Below, piece after piece: positions 57,851-64,000 of a DNA stretch of 64,000 bases. The notes under the pieces are model-generated. The model saw nothing but the letters and a program-made list of their open reading frames with translations, made no database searches and was not told where the DNA came from. Location of the stretch: positions 1,058 to 65,057 of the forward strand of contig JAHLMR010000001.1 in NCBI GenBank assembly GCA_018920255.1. Reading direction: 5' to 3'. A program made the position numbers and the translations under genes. The DNA is from Candidatus Aenigmatarchaeota archaeon (lineage in GTDB: Archaea > Aenigmatarchaeota > Aenigmatarchaeia > Aenigmatarchaeales > JAHLMR01). Numbering within the stretch: position 1 is the stretch's first letter; every line of letters begins with the position of its first letter.

Positions 57851-58594
57851 ATGGTAGAAATTGAAAAGGTTATTGCTGATAGTTGGAATGCATATAAAAA
57901 AGGATGGAAAAAAATAGGAACATATACTTTTTTTATATTTATTATTATTGGAATTTTATATTTATTAACGCTTTTAAGTTTTACAATTTCATTTTATTTA
58001 GGTGGAATTATATGTTTAATATATTTGTTTATTAGTTTAACTTTACCAGCAGGATTATTACATTTATATAATTTATCTTTTACTAAAAAGAAAATTAAAT
58101 TAAAATTATTATTTGATTTTATTTCTAAGAACTGGATTAAAATTTTAAAAGTTTCAATATTGCAATTTTTAATAATTGCATGTATTTTTTCACCAATATT
58201 TATTTCATTAGCATTTTATTATTCCACTGAATCTTTAATATATCTTTTTTTAGTTATTCTTTTCTCTTTTATTTCATTTTTAATTTCTTTATTTTTTGTC
58301 TTTCCAATATACTCTTTTGTTATAGAAAAATTAAGTACTATTAATTGTATAAAGAGAAGTGTTTATATTGTTAAAAACAATTATTTCAGTTTAATTGTAT
58401 TATATTTTGCTATAACACTATTAGCCTTATTTTCATCAATAATAGTATTGCCATTATTTTTATTATTTGTTATTTCAATTATTTTAATACCTTTTGCTAT
58501 AATTTTAATTATTCTTTATTTATTTTATTTTATTATACCATTGACATATTTTATTTTTATTTCATTTTATAGAAACGCAATTAAACGTCATTAA
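57851..58594 (+). CDS. Polytopic membrane protein of unknown function
   Basis: Six or more hydrophobic helices with low-complexity I/L/F composition. No motifs. Confidence 0.35.
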   Translation: MVEIEKVIADSWNAYKKGWKKIGTYTFFIFIIIGILYLLTLLSFTISFYLGGIICLIYLFISLTLPAGLLHLYNLSFTKKKIKLKLLFDFISKNWIKILKVSILQFLIIACIFSPIFISLAFYYSTESLIYLFLVILFSFISFLISLFFVFPIYSFVIEKLSTINCIKRSVYIVKNNYFSLIVLYFAITLLALFSSIIVLPLFLLFVISIILIPFAIILIILYLFYFIIPLTYFIFISFYRNAIKRH

Positions 58595-59256
58595 ATTTTA
58601 ATACAAAAACCTTCAAGTTTTTTCTGCTTATTTTCTCCAGATAATTCTATAAAAGTAGCCCATGATTTTCTAATAAATTCTAAATGCTTTTTATTTTTTA
58701 TACATTCTTTAACAAATTTGATTGTTTTTTCATCATGAGGATAACCAACTCCAAAATTATAATTAACTTTTTCTTTTATTTTTTCTATTTCTTTATCTCT
58801 TTCAACTTTAGCAATTATTGATGCCGCACTAACAATTGGATATTTTCTGTCAGCAAAATTTTCTGATATTATTTCAGTATCAATTTTTACAAGAGCTTTA
58901 AGATACATTTTAAATTTTTCAGTTGTAACTTGTGGAGCATCAACGTAAACTTTATCTGGTTTTAATGCTCTTATTATTTCTGCCATTCTTTCAGCTTCTA
59001 TTTTGTTTAAATTCTTTCTTTCTCTTAATTTATCTATTTCAGAAGCAGAAATTTTTATTATAATCCAATCATTTAAAATTTTTTTAATTTCTTCATATAA
59101 CATTATTCTTTGATTATATGTTAAAAGTTTACTATCCTTTACACCAATTTCTTTTAATTTTTCCATTTTTTCTTCATCTGCATATGCTCCAACAATTACT
59201 AATGGTCCTATCAACGCTCCACGTCCAGCTTCATCAATACCTAATATTTTTTTCAT
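58591..59256 (-). CDS. rnhB: Ribonuclease HII
   Basis: N-terminal ILGIDEAGRGALIGPLVIVG with the DEAGRG catalytic motif, and ~220 aa length. Confidence 0.85.
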   Translation of the reverse strand: MKKILGIDEAGRGALIGPLVIVGAYADEEKMEKLKEIGVKDSKLLTYNQRIMLYEEIKKILNDWIIIKISASEIDKLRERKNLNKIEAERMAEIIRALKPDKVYVDAPQVTTEKFKMYLKALVKIDTEIISENFADRKYPIVSAASIIAKVERDKEIEKIKEKVNYNFGVGYPHDEKTIKFVKECIKNKKHLEFIRKSWATFIELSGENKQKKLEGFCIKI

Positions 59257-59309
59257 ATTAAGAATTATAATTAAATATTTTAAATACTTTCAATTTTTAT
59301 ATTTTTAAT

Positions 59310-59396
59310 AGCGGGATGGGGCAGCCAGGAGTGCCCGTCGGGCTCATAATTTTTTAAGAAACCCGAAGGTCGGACGTTCAAATCGTCCTCCCGCTA
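59310..59396 (+). tRNA. Initiator tRNA-Met(CAT) with a 12-nt anticodon-loop intron; CCA not encoded
   Basis: Sequence AGCGGGATGGGGCAGCCAGGAGTGCCCGTCGGGCTCATA[ATTTTTTAAGAA]ACCCGAAGGTCGGACGTTCAAATCGTCCTCCCGCTA. It has an A1-U72 pair and three G-C pairs at the base of the anticodon stem, both initiator hallmarks. Confidence 0.7.
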
Positions 59397-59431
59397 CTAT
59401 TTTTAAAAAAGTATTAATTGATATTATTTTT

Positions 59432-60016
59432 ATGAAATCTCAAGTAGAGCCGATTGTTTTTATCCTATTATTATTAATAGTTTTAATTTTAATTTTAACT
59501 GCAATGCTTTGGGGAAGAGATATAATTCAAAATAATATAGATGCCGGAAGATTATCTAGAGCAGAACAATTTATTGTAAATTTAGATAATTTAATTCAAA
59601 ATATCGCACAAAATGGCGGTTCAGAAAAAATTGAATATCCATTAGATGCAGATATATATATTACCGATGAATGTACTGGTATTACTCCTTTAGAATTAGA
59701 TAAATGCATTCAAATAGAACAAAAAAATTCATTATCTTTACAAGAAAAATGGACTTATATAAACACAGAAAATCCAAATAAATATGGAAGTTTTAATGAT
59801 TCAATAAGTATTATAAGAGAAAAAAAAGAAGGAGATAAAGTAATAATTCAATTATATTATAGAATTCGTGGAGATTATAATTATACAATTGAATTAGAAA
59901 AAATGAGTTATTCATTTAAACCTTCATATATTTTAATAGAAAGTGGTGGCACAGAAGTACAAAAAATTATTCAAGGAAATTATATTATTTCTAAAATAAA
60001 ACTATCATTCATATAA
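59432..60016 (+). CDS. Hypothetical protein with an N-terminal TM anchor
   Basis: N-terminus MKSQVEPIVFILLLLIVLILILTAMLW, then a soluble domain without recognised motifs. Confidence 0.3.
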   Translation: MKSQVEPIVFILLLLIVLILILTAMLWGRDIIQNNIDAGRLSRAEQFIVNLDNLIQNIAQNGGSEKIEYPLDADIYITDECTGITPLELDKCIQIEQKNSLSLQEKWTYINTENPNKYGSFNDSISIIREKKEGDKVIIQLYYRIRGDYNYTIELEKMSYSFKPSYILIESGGTEVQKIIQGNYIISKIKLSFI

Positions 60017-60047
60017 ACTTTTTATTTTAATTAATATTATTAATTTT

Positions 60048-60620
60048 ATGATATCTGAAGCATCTGGACAGTTTTTGTTAAGATTTTCAAGACAGGCTAT
60101 TATAGAATATTTAAAAAATAAAAGAAAAATAGACATTCCAAAAAATTATCCAAAAGAACTTAATGAGAAAAAAGGAATTTTTGTTACACTACATAAAGAA
60201 ATTAGGAACGGAATTTATGAACTAAGAGGTTGTATGGGAATACCATATCCAATTATGCCAATAATAGAAGCAGTTATTGAAGCATCTATTTCTGCTGCAA
60301 ATGATCCAAGATTTATTAAACTAAAGGAAGACGAATTAAAAAAAATTAAAATTGAAATTTCAATTTTAACAGAACCAGAATTAATTAAAGTAAAAAAACC
60401 AGAAGATTATTTGAAAAATATAAGATCAAAAATTGATGGTTTAATTATTAAAAAAGGAATAATGTCTGGATTACTCTTACCTCAAGTTTGGAATGAAGTG
60501 AAGGATAAAGAGGAGTTTCTTAACATTCTTTGTTATAAAGCAGGCTTATTAAGAGATTCATGGAAAGATCCATCAGTAGAAATATATAAATTTCAAGTTC
60601 AAATTTTTAAGGAAAAATAA
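60048..60620 (+). CDS. AMMECR1-domain protein
   Basis: GIFVTLHKE...LRGCMGIPYP matches the AMMECR1 signature LRGC[IM]G. Confidence 0.75.
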   Translation: MISEASGQFLLRFSRQAIIEYLKNKRKIDIPKNYPKELNEKKGIFVTLHKEIRNGIYELRGCMGIPYPIMPIIEAVIEASISAANDPRFIKLKEDELKKIKIEISILTEPELIKVKKPEDYLKNIRSKIDGLIIKKGIMSGLLLPQVWNEVKDKEEFLNILCYKAGLLRDSWKDPSVEIYKFQVQIFKEK

Positions 60621-60621
60621 T

Positions 60622-60694
60622 CCGTCCGAGAAGAAAAAAGACTCGGACGGTGAGGAGGCAACGGGATTCTAGGTATTTTTAAACCTAGAATCCA
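60622..60694 (+). terminator. Two consecutive GC-rich hairpins downstream of the AMMECR1 gene
   Basis: Hairpin 1 is CCGTCCGAG-aagaaaaaaga-CTCGGACGG and hairpin 2 is GGATTCTAGGT-atttttaa-ACCTAGAATCC. They stand out in ~25% GC DNA. Confidence 0.35.
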
Positions 60695-60937
60695 TATTAA
60701 CTATTTATAAGTAAAGATATTTAAAGTTTTCTATTATTATGTTAATAGTTAAACTATAAGTTCAGGTTTTAACTATTATTAAACTTTTTTAAATAAATCT
60801 TTCAATATCATTTTTATGCATTGGCCTACAATTAGCGTAATTCTGCTTGATAAAATTAACAAAGAAATTATTTACTTATTCTTTTGTTAAAAATATTTAT
60901 ATTAATAGTTAAAATATAATTTTTAACTAAAATTTAT

Positions 60938-61077
60938 GCCCCTGTAGCTCAGTTTGGACAGAGCGCTTGCCTCCTAAGCAAGATGTCGCGCGTTCAAAGA
61001 ACCTTCTTTCTTTAAGAAAGAAGGTTCGCAACTTCTTTTCTTAAAAGAAGTTGCTGGGAGTCGCGCCAGGGGCGCCA
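60938..61077 (+). tRNA. tRNA-Arg(CCT) with a 62-nt T-loop (59/60) intron; CCA encoded
   Basis: Sequence GCCCCTGTAGCTCAGTTTGGACAGAGCGCTTGCCTCCTAAGCAAGATGTCGCGCGTTCAAA[GAACCTTC...GCTGGGAG]TCGCGCCAGGGGCGCCA. Its exons are almost identical to tRNA-Arg(TCT) at 38558-38784. Confidence 0.7.
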
Positions 61078-61112
61078 TAATTTTATAAATTCTGAATTTA
61101 TTTATTTAGATT

Positions 61113-61616
61113 ATGAAAAGAAAACAAAATTATAATTTTCTATATATTCTATTTTTTATTATTTTGTTTTTAGGAGTTTTTTCATTTGCATTATTGATTC
61201 AAAATAAACCATCAAATGAATTAATAAAGGTTTGGCCCGGCGGAATTTTAGAAGTAGATGGAAATAAAATAATTTTAGGAATTAATTGTACTGCAATAGT
61301 AGCTGAAACATCTTCTGAAAGAGCAGAAAACATACAACTAGGATTAAATAAAATTATATCAAAAAGACCATCAACATATGATACGTTTTATGAAGTTCTT
61401 AAAAGTTTTAATATAACATTAGAAAGAGTAGAGCTTTTGTATTTTGATGGAAAGTATTATTATGCTGATGCTGTTTTTAAAAGTAAAGATAAACAATTAA
61501 GAATTGATTTAATGCCTTCTGATGCAATAGGCCTTGCAGTAAGGGCAGATGCAGAAATTTATGTAAACAAATCTTTATTATATGAAATAGGTAAGGATAT
61601 CTGTGAAGAAGAATAA
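61113..61616 (+). CDS. Bifunctional-nuclease (BFN/DUF151) domain protein with N-terminal membrane anchor
   Basis: DLMPSDAIGLAVRADAEIYV matches the DUF151 hallmark (D.RPSDAIALA.R...PI.V). Confidence 0.55.
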   Translation: MKRKQNYNFLYILFFIILFLGVFSFALLIQNKPSNELIKVWPGGILEVDGNKIILGINCTAIVAETSSERAENIQLGLNKIISKRPSTYDTFYEVLKSFNITLERVELLYFDGKYYYADAVFKSKDKQLRIDLMPSDAIGLAVRADAEIYVNKSLLYEIGKDICEEE

Positions 61617-62151
61617 TTTTTTATTATTTTTTAAAAAAAGAAGAAGTATAAGATGCTTTATAGAAAAGGAGATTGAAAAAGAAAAAATATTAAAAATTAT
61701 AAAGATTTTTAAATATTTACCTTCTTCACTAAATTCTCAACCTTGGAAAATATTTATTATAAATAATAAAGAAAAAATAAAAGAAGTAGGTGAAAAATTA
61801 TCTAAAATACATAAATACTCATATCCAATTTTAAACGCACCTTTAATTGCTATTGTTACTGTAGATCAAGATTTATCTAAAAAGCATTTTGTTGAAGATG
61901 GTTCAATAGCAGCATTTTCATTATGGCTTGCAGCATCATATTTAGGTCTTGGTTCTGTTTGGATTGCAATATATGATCCTAATTCTGAAGAAAGAGAAAA
62001 CATTGTAAGAAAAGTTTTTTCAATTCCAAAAAAATATAGAATAATTTGTATACTTCCTATTGGTTATCCTAAAGAAAAGCCAAAGAAAAAACAAATAAGA
62101 AATATAAATGAAATTATAAATTTTTATAACAAAAGAAATCTTTTTATATAA
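61603..62151 (+). CDS. Nitroreductase-family protein
   Basis: N-terminal RRSIRCF motif and ~180 aa length. Confidence 0.7.
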   Translation: MKKNNFLLFFKKRRSIRCFIEKEIEKEKILKIIKIFKYLPSSLNSQPWKIFIINNKEKIKEVGEKLSKIHKYSYPILNAPLIAIVTVDQDLSKKHFVEDGSIAAFSLWLAASYLGLGSVWIAIYDPNSEERENIVRKVFSIPKKYRIICILPIGYPKEKPKKKQIRNINEIINFYNKRNLFI

Positions 62152-62182
62152 CACCAAAATAATTTAATAAAGAGGTGAGAAG

Positions 62183-64000
62183 ATGAAAAATAAGATTTTT
62201 TTGTTATTAATATTATTAAGTTTAACTTTAATTGTTTTTGCAGACACACCAACAGATTTTAGCGTATCTCCAACTTCTATTATAATGAATATAACAAATC
62301 CAACAGCAAATATAATAATTTCTAATCTTACAACAGAACCATCTAATTTAACAATAGATAACACAACAGTATTATTGGATTCTTTAAATCGTGAAATGAA
62401 TATTATAGTTTATAATTCTACACACAATTCTACATTTCTAAATCTTACACAAGAAACTACTATAACTTTATATTCAAATATGTCAAAACCCGCAGGAAGA
62501 TATTTAGGAAGTATAGTGATTTATAATCAAACAACACCTTCAAATAATATTTCTATACCTATAACAGTAGACGTTCCAATAACTTTTATAAATAATATTG
62601 GAAATTTTTCAGGAAACACATCAAACACAACTGAAAATATTTTCTATTTTAATGCAAGTAAAAATATTATAGAACTTAATATAACTTTTATAGATTTATC
62701 AGATAATGTAAGTATAACTTTAAAGGATTCTGAAAATTCAATTATAAAAAATATAACAACTCCAGGAGATCTCTATTATTCATTTATAAAAAACGAAACA
62801 AATTTCGGTGGAGATAATAAATTTTGGATAATAGAAATTAAAGGATTAACAGATACATATGCTCAATATAATGGAAGTATAATTATTAGCAATCCTAATT
62901 TTATTTTTAATAATATGTTACTTAATATAACACAATTTAATTTTATTAAAAATTTAGGACAAGCAAAAAACTTTACTTTTCAAATTAATATATCAAATAA
63001 TGCAAATTATAATTTAACAATTATAAATATAACAAATTCTTCTGGAAAAGTTATACTATCTTCAGATTCTTCAAAATATTTTAATTTATATTTTGATTCT
63101 TTAACATTTCCATATAACATAACACCTAATTCAGAATTAAATTTAAATGTTTCAATAAATACAACAGATACAAGTAATACTAAAGGAGAATATTATGGCT
63201 GGATTTTCATAAATACATCAAACGGCTATCCCTATAATACAGTTAATGCAACATTAAAGGTATTAGTAACAGATGAGTTAAACTTAACAATTTTAAATTT
63301 TACAAAAAAAGATACAGATGAAAATCCTACACCAAGTGATAATATAACAATAAAAGTAAATGTAACATATAAAGATGGAGAATGGACAGGTTATACAGAT
63401 AATGGTCAAAGAACATTTATTGCATGGCTTGAACATAAAGAAAATTCAAATTATAAAAGAAATTGTACTATTTATTCTCAAGATACTTCAGATCATTATA
63501 AATTTTATTGTAATATATCAAATACTACAGCTGGAGGAAACTATATACTTTATGTAAGAGTTAATGATACAAATAATAATGTTGGAATAGGAAGTAAAGA
63601 AGTTATAATAAATGAAACAGGAATTTCTATTAATGCAGATCCAATAGAAATAGCAAATAATAAAGATGAAACAGAAAGTATTGATATAATTGTTAAAAAT
63701 ATTGGATATAAAAATGCTACAAAAATCGTATTATCATCAAGTATAGGGTCATGTGCACAAATAGTTTCAACAAACTCAACATATATAAATTCAAATGGTT
63801 TTAATTTAACTCCAGGAGAAGAAATTAGAATAAAAAATGCATATAAAATAAAATTAAAAAATCCAGGAGATTGTGTATTTACAGTTTATGGATATAAATT
63901 AAATAATTCTGAATCTAACACATTTTATTTTGTTAAAAATGCATCTGTTGCAATAATTGTAAATGAAGTTTCTGAAGAAGAACAAGATCAGAGCAGTGGA
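62183..64000 (+). CDS. Large secreted surface protein rich in N-glycosylation sequons (S-layer/adhesin-like). 3' end beyond the window.
   Basis: ATG at 62183 with a GAGGTGAGAAG RBS and signal peptide MKNKIFLLLILLSLTLIVFA. The frame stays open to the window end (606 codons). Dozens of N-x-T/S sequons (NIT, NLT, NTT, NST, NQT). Absent from the ORF track, presumably because no stop lies within the window. Confidence 0.5.
   Translation, partial: MKNKIFLLLILLSLTLIVFADTPTDFSVSPTSIIMNITNPTANIIISNLTTEPSNLTIDNTTVLLDSLNREMNIIVYNSTHNSTFLNLTQETTITLYSNMSKPAGRYLGSIVIYNQTTPSNNISIPITVDVPITFINNIGNFSGNTSNTTENIFYFNASKNIIELNITFIDLSDNVSITLKDSENSIIKNITTPGDLYYSFIKNETNFGGDNKFWIIEIKGLTDTYAQYNGSIIISNPNFIFNNMLLNITQFNFIKNLGQAKNFTFQINISNNANYNLTIINITNSSGKVILSSDSSKYFNLYFDSLTFPYNITPNSELNLNVSINTTDTSNTKGEYYGWIFINTSNGYPYNTVNATLKVLVTDELNLTILNFTKKDTDENPTPSDNITIKVNVTYKDGEWTGYTDNGQRTFIAWLEHKENSNYKRNCTIYSQDTSDHYKFYCNISNTTAGGNYILYVRVNDTNNNVGIGSKEVIINETGISINADPIEIANNKDETESIDIIVKNIGYKNATKIVLSSSIGSCAQIVSTNSTYINSNGFNLTPGEEIRIKNAYKIKLKNPGDCVFTVYGYKLNNSESNTFYFVKNASVAIIVNEVSEEEQDQSSG

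Overview
This is a very AT-rich archaeal chromosomal segment of about 64 kb, dense with genes on both strands. The low GC content, the heteromeric tRNA-splicing endonuclease and the intron-rich tRNAs suggest a small-genome DPANN-like archaeon; this is inference, not a database result.

Most genes are informational. Replication and repair genes include a family-B DNA polymerase cut by the window edge, three Orc1/Cdc6-type AAA+ genes (one lacks its winged helix), a DP1-like remnant, DnaG, RPA with RadA, a histone, RNase HII, LigT, and class III anaerobic ribonucleotide reductase NrdD with NrdG. Translation genes include GlyRS, TrpRS, PheS, PheT, LeuRS and six tRNAs. The ftsZ-secE-nusG-L11-L1-L10(P0)-L12(P1) cluster is present, together with SecD/SecF, NAC, an FKBP, thioredoxin reductase, two aminopeptidases, archaemetzincin, AMMECR1 and tgtA (archaeosine tRNA-guanine transglycosylase).

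The signals most worth a second look are:
- Four tRNAs (Arg-TCT, Phe, Asn, Arg-CCT) carry near-identical modular hairpin introns inserted in the T-loop at position 59/60. They lie next to an adjacent alpha/beta pair of splicing-endonuclease genes.
- The 10-bp palindrome TTCACGTGAA occurs at least seven times exactly around an AT-rich stretch upstream of an Orc1/Cdc6-like gene; this is a candidate replication origin. A second, weaker site lies upstream of the canonical orc1/cdc6.
- A radical-SAM domain is fused to an ArcS catalytic-motif domain, divergent from tgtA.
- An ATP-cone protein with a PD-(D/E)xK (Mrr-like) tail sits divergent from nrdD.
- A 58-aa ORF after nrdD repeats the NrdD zinc ribbon and RITG glycyl-radical motif.

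No CRISPR arrays, transposases or rRNA genes were seen.
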